From Vicugna vicugna (taxonomy: Eukaryota), in the NCBI GenBank assembly GCA_013265495.1, contig MU060042.1, positions 5,452,258 to 5,516,257 on the forward strand: a DNA stretch of 64,000 nucleotides, read 5' to 3'. This document shows, one piece after another, positions 12,331 through 24,640 of this stretch. Position 1 is the first letter of the stretch; each line of letters begins with the position of its first letter. The translations under genes were made by a program, and so were the position numbers. The notes below the pieces were generated by a model. It saw nothing but the letters and a program-made list of their open reading frames with translations. It was not told where the DNA came from and did no database searches.

Positions 12331-12629
12331 ATTCCTGGGGTTTTTCTTTCTTTTTCTTTGTTTCTTTTTTTTTCTAAGTTTTTTCTATGATGAACGTGGA
12401 CCAACTGTACTGAAAATGACCTAGGCCGAGGATAACTATCGGGGGAAATCTCAGCGTGAAGCGGTAGGAAGACCTAGCGGAGTCCAGACAAGGAAAGAGC
12501 GAAACCTGGACTCTGGACTCTGGGATCTTTTCACTGGGTCCTCTTTCCTTCACTGTGATAAAGATCATTCAAATATTTTCTTAAACTTTAAACAACCAAG
12601 TGAGGCAACTGTTTCGATGTGATAACTCG

Positions 12630-13260
12630 GCAGTTCCGGTTTCCTGTGTATTTTTCTGGGGAAACGTTGCTTCGTCCCCCCGTGGCACCTCAGCAGGCAC
12701 GCCGAGTGCCGGGCGTGGGCGCCGGGGGCCCCGTCTCACCAAACCCTCCCGCCGCCCCGGCCTCCAGCCCCGGGGCACACCCCGCTGCCGTGGAAAACGG
12801 AACAGTTTCACCTCCGTTTGGGGACTGTTGTGTTACCTCAGAAATGCAGTTACTCTCTGCCGGCTGAGCCTGTATCCGGAACCTCGCTGAGCTCGTCCAC
12901 TAGCTTTTACGGCTTTCGTGGGTCGTGTGGCTTTTCCACACACAAGAAGATGCCATCTGCAAACAGAGACACTTTTACTTCTTTGCTCCCTAATCTAGAT
13001 GCCTCCTATCTCTCGTCGGTGTCCACCTGTCCTGGCGGGAGGTGTGGACCCGCGGGGGTGAGAGCATTCCTGGGCTTTGCCTCGCTCCTGGTCTTTGTGG
13101 GAGAGCGCTCGGCACACACCCTGGGGTGCGGGGCGGCCTCAGGACGCGTCACAGGTACCCAAATCAGCTTGAGGCCTCCTCTTCTCATTCAAAGAGAGTC
13201 TCTCCGAGAACGAGCTCTGGTGGTCCCGGAGCTCTGTCCAGTCTGCAGTCCATGCTCCCT
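12630..13260 (-). mobile_element. Old LINE-1 ORF2 RT-region fragment, antisense, strongly GC-shifted
   Basis: GATGCCATCTGCAAACAGAGACACTTTTACTTCTT matches the antisense consensus CATGTCATCTGCAAACAGAGACAGTTTTACTTCTT. The flanks align colinearly with many A/T to G/C changes. Confidence 0.8.
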
Positions 13261-13429
13261 CCAGCTGAGGCGAGACCGTTCTTAGAAGCCTCGTGTCCAC
13301 GATCTACAACACTCCCAGGGGCCCGCTGCCCCAGGATGACGTCCCCCCGCCAGTTCTGTGTTCAGTCCCGGGACCCCTCCTACCACATCCCCCACACTCC
13401 CCACCCCCACCCCCGTGCACCTGGCTCCC

Positions 13430-13765
13430 CCTGACGTGCAGTTCCTGTTCTCCACTCCAGACTCTCTTCAACCTGGAGCCCCTGCCAGGCCCTTCTCACT
13501 CTCCATACTTTGGTGTCGACAGTTCCTGCTTCTTTTCGGGGTTCAACTAAAAGGTCCCCGCTCTGGGAAGCCCGGCTCCCTGTGCTCCCCGACTCACCCT
13601 CCCCTGCCGTGCTCACCGCGCCCCGGGACGGTGGCCTGGTTACTTCTGCGAGTCTTCTCTGCAGCCCCTGCGTCTCTAGGCCAGAGGGCGTGTCCCAGGC
13701 ACACTTCTATCCCTGGCACCTAGAATTCTGCCTGGAAAAATAGAATTCAATGCCTAGCATTTTTC
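13430..13765 (+). mobile_element. Possible L2 3' fragment
   Basis: CTATCCCTGGCACCTAGAATTCTGCCTGGAAAAATAG..TTCAATG resembles the L2 3' terminus. Confidence 0.45.
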
Positions 13766-13943
13766 TTTTTTTGAAGAAAGATGGATATAGACGCGCTGAC
13801 GTATACTACTAAATATCAAGATTTAACGCGGCACTGTGGGTCAGTAGGCAAGCAGCAGAATGTTTCTAACAGGCGCGCCCCTGGACTTTCTGGGCCAAAT
13901 TTCATAAATGGAAAGAAGAAATTGTTAGAAGTACATTCTGGGG

Positions 13944-14072
13944 GGTGAGGGTGTAGCTCAGTGGTAGGGTGTGCGCTTAGCATGAAGATGTCCTGGATAC
14001 AATCCCCAGTCCCTCCCTTAAAAAAATACATAAATAAACCTAGTTAACTCCCCCTCAAAAATTTTCTTAAAA
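13944..14072 (+). mobile_element. Camelid tRNA-Ala-derived SINE (vic-1 type)
   Basis: GAGGGTGTAGCTCAGTGGTAGGGTGTGCGCTTAGCATG...GTCCTGGATACAATCCCCAGT, then an A-rich segment and AAATAAACCTAGTTAACTCCCCC. Confidence 0.88.
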
Positions 14073-15191
14073 AGAGTTTAATTGTTTCCAAAAGAGGTTC
14101 TGCAGTTCTCAGAAATGCCAGTCCCTATGTTACTACGATGCTCCCAGAGCAGAGTGTGAGGGTCCCAGCCTGCAGGCAGTTTTGAGCTGGTTCCGTCTAG
14201 TTCCCGCTAGATGGAGAGCAAAAAGCTTTCGTTTCCTGGCCTTGCGGGGTAACATACAACGCATCATTTTTGAGAGCGAATGGGGTTCTCTTAGTAATTT
14301 CACCAGAGCAGCAGGCGTAAGGCCAGGTTGCTCTGGGCGGCAGGACGTAAGGTCACCCTATTCACGAGGTTTCCTGGCCATACTTCTAATCCTAAGAGGG
14401 CTGACGAGGGTCCCACGTTACTGAACGGTGGGGCCAGATTCCACCTGCCCACAGGGGCTGAACTGGGGTTACTGGTCACGGTTCCAAGGAGCTGGGGCTC
14501 TCAGTCAACCCCTGTAGATGGTCCCACACCCATCTGGTCTCTTTAAACACAGCATCGTTCCCTTGCTGTGCAGGACAAAAAACATGCTCCGTGAACGTGA
14601 GTCCCACTTGGCTGGCCTTACACTTGGACCCTGGCTCTTGATCTGAACCCAGTGTCCAGGCCTTTTTTCTGGTTCTACAGTGGTGGTCCCTGTCTGTGCT
14701 GTCAGGGGGAGGGAGCGGGCTCTGGGGAGGGGAACATTCCCTCTCTTGGCAGAGCAAAATAATTCAGTTTAATACTTCAAAACGTCATTCCACCGTAGAT
14801 CTAAAAATACACATTTATACAATTAGATAATAACCACAAACTTCCTGTACTTGAGTGACTGTTTAGAGCTGGGCAGACACCGCCCTGCGGATGAAAGCCG
14901 ACGAGCCACGTGACACACAACTGAGCCGCGTGTGAGAGCTGCCTGCTCTCGGGAGAGCCCAGTGACCGGGGGCCCACGGGCTCCAGCTCACGCTGCCCCT
15001 CCCCGTCACCCGAGTCTCCACATACACACGCAGCCCCCGGCTGACGGGCTGCGCCTTCTGAGCGGCTCAGCCTTCAGACCGGAGCTCACTCTCCATGTTC
15101 CCTTCACCTCATCTCCCCTCAGGGCTGCTTCTCAGGTCGTCCCTCCTCGGACGCCGCCACCTGTGTCCACGCCCCTGTCCCTCGGCACTAA

Positions 15192-15290
15192 TGTCCCCCA
15201 CCCCACCGTCTCTCTGCTCTGGTGTCCCCCCACCTGCTGTCTCTCTGCACTTGTGTCCCCCCACCCCACCGTCTCTCTGCACTGGTGTCC
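15192..15290. repeat. ~31-bp minisatellite, about 3 copies
   Basis: TGTCCCC(C)CACCCCACCGTCTCTCTGCACTGG-like units start at 15192, 15223 and 15254. Confidence 0.85.
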
Positions 15291-15779
15291 ACACCCAGCT
15301 GGGGTCCAGTGCTCCCACAGATGTGGTCCAGCAGTAGAACAACATATACAGGATAAGCCACGTCACTGCAGCGCATGAACCATCAGGTCCCGCTCAAATC
15401 CATCACGGGACAGATCACACAGCCCCCGGTGCTGGGGTGTTACTGTCACTGTTGTGAAAGTTCAAACCGTATGAAGCAAAACACTTCCGCCTGTTTGCAG
15501 ACCGGCCTCAGACGCTCACCGTGGTTTGTTCTGTGAAGCCCAGAGCCCAGTGGGGTGTGAACTTAAAGCCCGGGACTCGCTCCCCTCTTCGCAGACGTGT
15601 TTGCCCAACACGTTGCACCAACCTCTTCTCGTGTCTAATGAAACCGCCCCTGGACCTTTTTATACGCCCCCCTCCTTTGTAGATACGAGCCAGCTCAGGC
15701 GGTTTCGCTTCCTATCCCTGCAGGTGCATTTACATTCCCACTGTCCGTTCTGGAATGCTTGGAAGGGGCGGGGAGCAGA

Positions 15780-16830
15780 AGCAGACGCGGTCACGTCAGA
15801 GCCGCCTGATGACACCGGGGAGGGTCCCCTTAGGTCCTCCGCGGCTGGAGAGGCGGACAGACGGACACGCAGAGCCGGAGACGCGGCCAGGGCGGGAGGG
15901 GTCCGGGGCCTCGCCCCGCCCCCAGCGCGCGTGCGCGAGCAGGCGCTGCGGGTTTTGGCTGCCCTTCCCCGGCTGCTGCCGTTTTCTGGGGGCTCAGTGG
16001 GGTGGATGGTCTGCGCTGGGGCAGGACATGCCAACAAATTGCATCACTTCTGCCTCGGTGACCGAGGACAATGACATGCCATATGCCAGCGGCGGGAAAG
16101 GAACGGGCTCATTTACACTGGCACCGGCGCCGCCCGGGCAGGCTGGGGGGCGGCGGCCCCGCGCAGCGGCCCGGCTCCGGGCAGGGAGGGCGCCCCTCCC
16201 GCCGCAACGCGGGCCGGGGGCCGGCGCACCGCCGCCTCCGCCGCCCCGGAGGCGAGGGAGGAAGCTCGTCGGGCGCGTTCCAGCTGCAACGGGGAACAAA
16301 AACGCAGTGGGCGTCGTGCTCGCGCTTTCAGAGCCCTCCCGGCGCCGGCCGCCGCCACAAAGGCTGCCCCCGCGGCGACCCCGGCCCGGCCTCCGCCCCG
16401 CCGGCCGCCCTGCCCCTGCCCGGGCGCAGGGGCGGCGGCGGAAGAGCCCGTCCCGCGGCCCCGGGACGTGACGGCGGCGGTCCGGCCCGCACGTGCGCGG
16501 GCTCCCGGTCCCGGGCCGGCGCGAGGAGGGCGCGGGGCATCGGCTGCAAGCGCTCCCTCCTCCTCAGTCACTGCATCAGCATCACAATCGGAGCCGGGCA
16601 GCCTGTGGCAACTTCCTGGCACAGAGACACGCTTTTCAAATAATTATAATGATTGGCGTCCGCAGGGCCTTTCTGTCCGACTTTAGAACGCCTTGGGGAG
16701 ACTGACTGACTCAGCGTCGCAGCACCCTGGATGGGCACCACCAGGGCCTGTGAGGCCGGACGGCCAGGGGTCCCGTGCCGGGGGACCTGTCCCAGGCCCT
16801 AGGGGCACGCGCGGCTGGCCTTCCAGTGCG
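15780..16830. promoter_or_regulatory. CpG island with promoter-type motifs; transcript not identified
   Basis: Very high GC/CpG. GC box at 15913-15923, NRF1-type GCGCGTGCGC at 15927-15936, E-box CACGTG at 16490-16495, inverted CCAAT (ATTGG) at 16652-16656. Confidence 0.8.
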
Positions 16831-19800
16831 GCTTGAGGCCGGTTTACTGAGCCGGGCAACCTGCATGTCACCCACTGAGACCCAACATATGACACCAGTG
16901 ATGCTGAAAATGGAAAGGGGGATGGAGGTGCACCTGCCCGCGCCCCGAGGATGCTGGCGACGTCATCACCTCCCAGTCTGTCCACGCCCAGCTCCCATCG
17001 TGGTGCAGGACTGCCACTTGGAAAGAAACAGAAACTTAAAGGAAGGGGTCCACCGCCCCGGACCCAGGCGCCACTGCTCATGTTGTAAACCTCCGTTGGG
17101 TTTATAATGATGATAAATCTAGATTGTCCTGGTTTTGGTCTCACGATCAATGCGTTTTGAACAAAATCCTGTGATGCACCTTCTTAGCAAGCACCTGTAG
17201 TCCTTCAGAGGTGGGAGGAAGCACACTCCGAGGCCTCAAAGAAAGGCCGCCCCTCACAGGCTCACAGCCCGGTTTAACGAGCCGAGCTGCTTTCCATTTG
17301 CTTCTCGAAGATCCAGAATTGCTTTGCCCTCAGACTCTCGCTGGCCCAGACCCCACGTGGCCTCCGCGCTCTCCCCTCTGTCGGAGCCTTGCGAACCTTC
17401 TGCAGCCCCCAGCCACGGGGCTGGCTCAGAGAGGAGCCGTCTGTGCCCTTTGTCAGGAACCCTTTGTCCTGGTCCAGATCTCAGAAGAAGCCTGCTTCCT
17501 AGAGGGGCAGGGCAGTGGGGAGGCTCGCTGCATAATGCGATCCCCGACTGAATGCCCAGAGGCCCGGGTGCGTGCGCACCCTGTGCAAGTAACCCCCAGC
17601 CCCTCACGAAGCCCTTAACCACAGGCCACACTTGCTGACTCGTGGCCGAGCAGCCGGTGTACACGGGTGTGCGTGTGCGTGCAAGCGGGGCATGTATGTG
17701 TCCCCGAAGTGTGTTCAGGAGGACTCGTGTATTTGTGGCGGAGTGAGCTTCGGGGTAGAGGTGGACTTTCCAGGTCACTTCAGCGTGTGCCTTGGAGGAC
17801 TTAGCTTCCCAGGAGTGCTTGCGGAAGAATTTCTAGAATGAGGCATACACTTCCCAGCCCGCTAAGTGCAGCTGGGCAGCGGTCAGGCGGGCCCAGACTT
17901 CGCCGTGTGCAGGTCTGTCTGCCCTCTTTCACTTCTCCAGCCCTGTCTGGGGAGAGGTGGTGGAGCGGGGCTGGGGGCTGCTGGCGCCCACCAGCTCTTG
18001 CTCAGCCTCTGCCACTCGCCACAAGCTAGTCACTGCTTCTCCATCTCCTCTGGCCCAGTAAGTGTGGTAACGAAGCCTCAGACACACGTGGACAGTAAGA
18101 GCCAAAGACCCAGCGAGCTGGCCGGCTTCCCCGGCCGTGAGTCCTCGCTCTGTGCCGCCCTTTCTGCATTAGTTTTGCTGTTCTCTCTCTGCACTGCCTG
18201 CTGCGTCCCCGGGGCTGGAGGAGGCCGGCGGGGGCCGGAGGAGGCCAGCGGAGGCCGGCGGCGCACCACCGTGACCTCGGCCCCTCTCCCAGCCCACCCG
18301 CGGCCCTCACCTGCCCTGGCTGCCTCCCCTTCCGTCCCGTCCAGGGGGCCGCCTCCAGCCGTGGGACCCCCGCCCCATTCATTCAGGCTGCACTGAGACC
18401 CAGGTCTCCGGGGCTGCTGGCTGTGAGTGCAGCGTGTTCATTCATAACACAGCCAGTAAAAACTACACCTCTTTGTTACAGGTCCGCCGTGCACACCGTA
18501 AATACATAGATGGATAAATAACTTTCACTGTTTCCTCTACGATTCCATCTTGACTTTGAGTCCCTATCCTCATGAGGGTGGGAAAGTCCTGGACCACAGA
18601 AGGGAGGTACTAGCCCCTCCTTTTCCAGCCCCTTGGGGTCCCTCCCCCTCTCCACTCCTCTCCACGTGCTTCTGCCTCATCTGGGACTGGGGACGTTATC
18701 CAGCCTGCAGCCCGTCCCCTCTGATGTAGCTGTCCCACCCGTCCCGGGCACCCTGCCCCCTGCTCTATCGGGGAGGCTGGTGCCACCTGTTGTGGGCAGC
18801 AGAGGGCAGTCTTTTGCCCACCTTGGCTGCTGCTGACTGCTCCTTGTGTGGCCTCCGCAGTGAAAACCCTGTGGCCCCCTAAGTCAACCACTGGCCATTC
18901 GGCCCCGGAGTCCTGGCAGGATTCCCACTATAGCCTTGGAGGCTGGGAGCTCTGAGCTGCTGTTTCAAAGTCATTCTGGATGTGCAGGGCCTAAGAGCCA
19001 CCATTGGGGCCCTCTGCCCGTCTTCCTGCTCCAGCTAGAAGGGGGCCCTCCTCCTGGGGACTCTGGCTCCCAGGGCACGCCCTGGTGGGCAGGACGCTGG
19101 TTCCAGCGTCCTCCAGTCTCTCCAGGGCCGTCCACGCACCCTGGGACGTGCCAAGCTGGGTCACGCGTGAGGGTGAGCAGCCTCTGCTCGCCCGTCCTCT
19201 CCCTGGGCCTTGCTGCTGCTCCTGAGAGACTCGGCTGCTCCTTCCTCAGGGCCTCCTTCCTGCTCCTGAGCCTGCCCTCGGGGCTGCAGCCGGTCTGCTC
19301 TGGGGCCTTGAGAGAACTCTTTTTCATCTCTTGAAGGCCAACTTCCAAATCTTTGACCTTTCCATGGGACTTCAAAGTCAACTTTAAAACCCAAAGCTAA
19401 GCAGTACTTCTGTGGCTCCACGCGATTTATACCACGTCCCCTCCATCTCCACTGGGATAAAGGACGTCAGCCCCATCGCTGGTCTCCTGCTGCAGGGGCT
19501 GCATGGAAGGAGGAAAAGATGTTTCCAGAAATGGAATATATGTGGGTGGACAGTGCAGACCATCATCTCCACCACAGGCGTCCAAAATGGCATCAGATGG
19601 ACATGGATTTGGATTCATCTGTGTTACTATAAACTGACTTTGCCATTTAGAGAGTGGTTTTACCTAATTCAGCCTCCGTTCGCCCAGCTGCCCAGTGAGG
19701 TGCCGACAGTGCCCACCCAGGGGGACTGCTGTGTGTACGTGATGAGTTGAGACTCAGGGATGTGCACACACCTGCTTGGTGGTGTCGGTGTCAGTGCAGG

Positions 19801-21614
19801 GACGACCTGCGTCAGGCTGAGGCCCTGTGCTTCGTCTGAGCCTCCCAGGGCCTGGACCTTCCTGCTTCACCTCCCGTGTTGCCCTGAGGCACGTCGCTGG
19901 GCTATTTTCGATATTCTCTTGATATGATAAATACGTGTGTCCATCAGAGACACAAAAATGTGTTGAACAAATTGCAGTTTGGGTTTATGATCAAATCTTC
20001 CAAGACCCTGGTTTCCTAGTTCTCCCAGGCCAGTGATGATGTGCCCTCTGCCTTTCAGCCATTCAAAAGCCACACGCATTATTGGTTTAGCCGTCGGGTC
20101 CTCGATCATGGAAGCCATGCTCTCACTCTGGAGGAGCCCACAGCCCCGCAGTGGGGACAGTAACACAGACTAATGAATGGATTTCGAGTGACAGACACGA
20201 TGGAGGCTGAAAGGAGATGGTGATCGATTCAGCCTGAGCACTGAAGTTCGGGGAAGCTGAGTTTTGACTGAGTTTAAAATCTGCAGGCATTTAAGAAAGA
20301 AATGTTACAGGTAAAGATGATACTGGTTGAAATACATGCCTGAGTCTCTCTTGTAAGACAGAGCCAGGTCTTACGTGACATATGGCTTCTAACCCCTGAC
20401 CACAAAGGTGCTGCTTTCTGCCTGATGTTTGATGTAGTCTGGACATGCGTACATTTCCAGTTTTTGTTGAGAATAAAATCGCGGTAAGTTAATAGTTTAA
20501 CCAATTCCAAAGACAGCCCATTCTTGCTCACAGCTTAGACTGAAAGACTGGCCACACTGTGTCCTCTGGGGACACATCAAGGCAGAGGCAGACCAGAGAG
20601 GGCCGGAAGAAGCCCACCTCAAAAAATCGAAGGTAGGCCTTTAAGTTCTGAATATGATTATAAAGTGATCATAAAAATTATAAACTATGAAATTATGTAG
20701 TGATGTCCAATTGCAAAAATAACACTATGTCATAATCTGGATTTAATTTCAAGTTAGAAAAATTGAACATTCAGCCCAACTTCATCGCCGTTTACTATTC
20801 CCATCTCAGGATGCGATAAATCATGCAGCGCTGGCAGGGTGCCGTCCTCTGAGGTCCTAACCTCTGTGTCTCGCAGCAGAGTATTTGTGGTGACACTTGA
20901 CTCAGTCATGTTGCCCTGTCTCAGAGTCTCCGACAGCTTTGATGGCCTCGGGTGTCACCGTCATCAACATTTACTCCAGATGGAAATATTCCATGGTCTC
21001 AGTAAACGCTCAGCGTTAGGCAGTATCACTTCATTCCAATTTTTCAAAACGGATCTGCTGGTGCGGGGACAATGTCTGAGCGACAGCGAGGTGACTGCTG
21101 TCGGCTGAGGCCTCATCAGGGCCATGACGTTCAGGGAAAGACGGGACGCGTCATCGCAGGATGGAGCTGAGCCTGGGAGCCAGGGCAAGGCCTCCGCGGA
21201 CACGGCCGCATGTGCCTAAAAGGCACCGGTCTAGCTGACGCACATCAGCGCCCCACTGAAGAAGCAGCACCGTGACAGCACGTCCTCCCACAACCAGGCC
21301 TGGCCCCGTTTTGCTGAGCGCCGGCCTTTATCAGCGCACGTGTGTGCCCTCTGCCAGTCCCCAGGAGATGCATCCTCTCCGTGCACAGCTTCCCGGGCCG
21401 TGACGGTCCAGAGACGCTCCCACTGCTCAAGTCCAGGACCCTCTGCGCTGCCGATGGCTCCCCGTCTTCCTTTCCCTCTGCAGCAAGAGCACCGGTTTGC
21501 TCCCACGATGGGCTGGAGTTCGGTGATGCTGAGCAGAGTGATACTCACAGGCAGAAAGGCGCTGGCAGTCAGGAGACACCTGCTCCACACGACGCACTGC
21601 AGAGGAGACGGTAG

Positions 21615-21629
21615 ATTGCCTTGGGTAAC
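21615..21629. promoter_or_regulatory. RFX X-box-like site
   Basis: ATTGCC-TTG-GGTAAC has one mismatch to GTNRCC(N0-3)RGYAAC. Confidence 0.45.
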
Positions 21630-23989
21630 CAGGAGCAGAGAAATGTCAGAAGCACGTAAAGGAAGTAATTGGCTTCCTCTCCGTGGCGAGAATCAGCCCA
21701 AGCTCTGCCCCTCCTTCAGTCCAGCTTTAAAATACCCCAAAGAAAGCCCACACGGTCGTCCTCACGCTCCTGGGGGAGGTCCTCCACAAGCAGCCTCGTT
21801 TGCAGGGAAGATGTGGGGGTCTGAGGGGTCCTGGTGGGAAGAGGCAGAGGCAGCGGCTCCAGGGTCCAGCAGTGAGCGCTCGGCAGCTGGAGCGGGCGGG
21901 GAGGTCTGCCCCCCGAAGACGGGGGTTCGCTCTGCATCGCGGCTCCTCCCCTCCCGCAGAGGCCCCCCCGCCCCGCTCGGTAGGCAGTGGTCGCTGGGCA
22001 GAAGAGCGGCTTCCCAAGCGCCCCCTCCCTGGCCAGCCTGGGGCCTCCGCGCCCACGCGCGCTTCCTCCCCGTTCCCGGGGGCCTGGCAGCCCCTCTGAC
22101 CTCCTTCCGCAGAGCGGAGACCCAGCTGAGAAATCCGGCCGCACGTTCAGAAAGCGTGACCCACACTCACGTCGCGCTGATGCTTGTGATGAAACGTCCG
22201 GAAGAGAAAGGAATTCGTCAAGATGTTTATGGGACTATTTCTCTTGACACAGGTGCCCGGATGAAGCCTTGGTGGAAGCAGGGCTGATTGTCAGCCCCGT
22301 TTACCAGGGGTTCGATTTGGAGCCCGACCGCCGCCTCATCAGGGAGCAGCGCCCAGGATTTAACAGAAACGTGTGGCGTGGATGTAACAGCCAGAGTCCT
22401 CCGAGCCTCTCCTCTCAGACACCAAGGGGCAGAGCAGCTGCACACGCCCAGCTCTGTGGACGGTGGTCGCTGGGCAGGAAAGCCAACGTCCCGCCCGCGG
22501 AGACAGGCCCGGACCATCGGGGAATCGGGGGAAGGGGGACCAACCAGGGGAGGAGGAAGCAGATGAGGTGGGAAGGAAGGCAGGGAAGGGACGGAGCGGG
22601 AGATGCGGCTGAGGAAGGAAGCCAGGACCAAGAGGGACGAAGGCTGAACAAGGAGGGGAAAGAAAATGGAGGCACGCAGAGTGGGCGTCAGAGCAGACTG
22701 CGGCGAGCGGAAGGACGTGCAGGTGCGGGGCGCAGGTGCAGGCGCTGAGGGCACGGGCGGAGCCGGGCGGGACAGGCTGGTGCTGCCTGCACGGCGTCGG
22801 CACCTGCGTCCCCGCCTCCCTTCCTGGTGCTCAGGACATCCAAGCTGCGCCTGGAAGCCTGGTGCTGGGCAAGTGGCATGGCCGCCTCGTGAGCCGGATG
22901 CTTCACGCTGTTGTCACCTGTCATAGGAATGCATATTTTCATTCTGTCTTAGGCAGAAATGACAAGTTTCGAAGCACAAAATTGCAGGAAATTCTACCAG
23001 GTTCATAAAAAATTAAAGACCATGGATGCAGGCGTGCCCACCCTTCCTCTTCTACCTTTCATCTGATCATTCTGCTTGTTGCCAGAGCAGTTTTACACTT
23101 TCCTCCCCACCCCGGAAACAACCCTCTTTACTTTTACGGTCGCTGAGCAGCAGGATCCATGACACAAGTTCTGTTCTTTTCCGCCGTTAGGTCCCTGGTT
23201 GGTGAACTGCGCAGAGGAGGGGGCAGAGCTGTGTGAACAGGGTAAGGGCAGAGACGTGGCTCATCTGCGGCCTGCTGGTCTTCCAGCCCAAAACCGGCCA
23301 GGCTGGGCGTGGAAGGGTGCACTCTGGGGCGTGGGGGACAGAGCACGCTGTGCGGACCTTGGTGCCACGGAGCTCAGGCCCTTCCCTCCGGCTACACACT
23401 GAGATGCCCTTGCAATTTCCACGGACACCGACGTTTGCAGCAATGATCCAGCTGCATCTAAGAGGCCAGATCGATTCAGTCAAACCACCGATTTGATTGA
23501 CGTTTTCTTTGCTCACTGTATCAGCCAACGATTTGACTGTCATGACCTGATTTCTCAGAATGGAACGTGCAAACCCCCCACCCACACAAGGAGAAAGGCA
23601 GAATAAAGAGAGTTTACATAGATGTTCGGAAATCACCCCATTTCCCGTTTCTAAAGAGAAAACAGCGTGGGGGGGGGGGTTGCAATTTTTGCTCTCCAGA
23701 CAATCACTGTCTGTTCGCCAGGGCAGCCACCTCCTCAGTAAAGTAAAATTAAGTGCTTTTAAAAAATAAAGGTTTATATTTGGCCATTTGGAAGTAGCAC
23801 ATTGTAGATTAAAATAAGAAGTCGCAAATTCTGAAACACCCTTATTACCAGCGGTGAGGAGGGGGGTGCTGTCAGCCCTGCCCGAGAGGCGGGTCATCTT
23901 TGTAAGGTGCCCCCAGGCGCCTGGAGCTTTCTGTGCTGCGTCACATTCAAAACCTTGGCAGGAAATGGCTCATCTTCTGTTGTCAAAGT

Positions 23990-24640
23990 TTATCCAGCCG
24001 AGGTGACAATCCCCGAATTAAATTGTGCCCGGTCCCCACAACAGGGCCTCCGCCCAGCCCTCCACCCGGGAGCCCGGGAGCCCGGCGCCTCCCCAGGAAG
24101 TCCGCTCTCCCTGCGGCGCTGGGGGGGGGGGAGACCTAGCCCCGTGCCCACGTCTGCACGGAAGCTTGGCGTTTCCGGGTGCGGGACGCGGGGCCCCAGC
24201 AGCGTTCCCCAGACGCGCTTCACTGCATCTTTGATTCACAGAGATACTGGAGAGCCTTTGAAATCCGTTCCCCCCTCTGGTGGGCGAAGTGGGAGCGGAA
24301 GGCCGGGGAGTCGGTGAGGTCCGGCCCCTCTGCAGGGGTAGGGTGGTCGGTGTGCAGCAAATTCCCCGCGAGCAGCTAGTTTTTAAAGAGCTTTCTCAGA
24401 GGAGGCGAGCTTGCCTTTGCCCAGAGCGCCAGGCAGAAAGGAGGGCCCCGCCGGCTGCTCCGGGGCTGGAAGAGCCTGGGGCGGTCGGTTGCTCCCTCAG
24501 GTGTGCCTCTGCCCTCACCTGGCAGCGAGCAGCTCTCGGAGACGGAGGTGCAGGCGGCAGGGCGCGCTGTCCGGCTGCAGGACAGGCACCGCCACCCCTT
24601 CACTCCCGCAACCGCTTCCCCAGGGCCGGGTGAAGTGAAA
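23990..24640. promoter_or_regulatory. CpG-rich segment (orphan island-like)
   Basis: Locally high GC and CpG with no associated coding exon. Confidence 0.4.

Noticed and set aside
16046-16060. CCTCGGT-G-ACCGAGG palindrome and nearby GACATGCC p53-like half-sites
   Set aside because: The 7-bp arms are at chance level. The half-sites are mismatched and about 48 bp apart.
15526-16643. Overlapping 170-240-aa Ala/Gly/Pro/Arg-rich ORFs in the CpG island
   Set aside because: They are open in several frames on both strands, which is typical of stop-poor GC-rich DNA. No domain is recognisable.
19496-19632. Candidate terminal exon GAAWKEEKMFPEMEYMWVDSADHHLHHRRPKWHQMDMDLDSSVLL* after ctcctgctgcag
   Set aside because: No family match, unusual Met/Trp/His excess, a weak pyrimidine tract and no upstream partner exon.
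22248-22748. Acceptor-led frame CPDEALVEAGLIVSPVYQGFDLEPDRRLIREQ...
   Set aside because: Not recognised. It runs into a purine-rich low-complexity tract with no clear donor.
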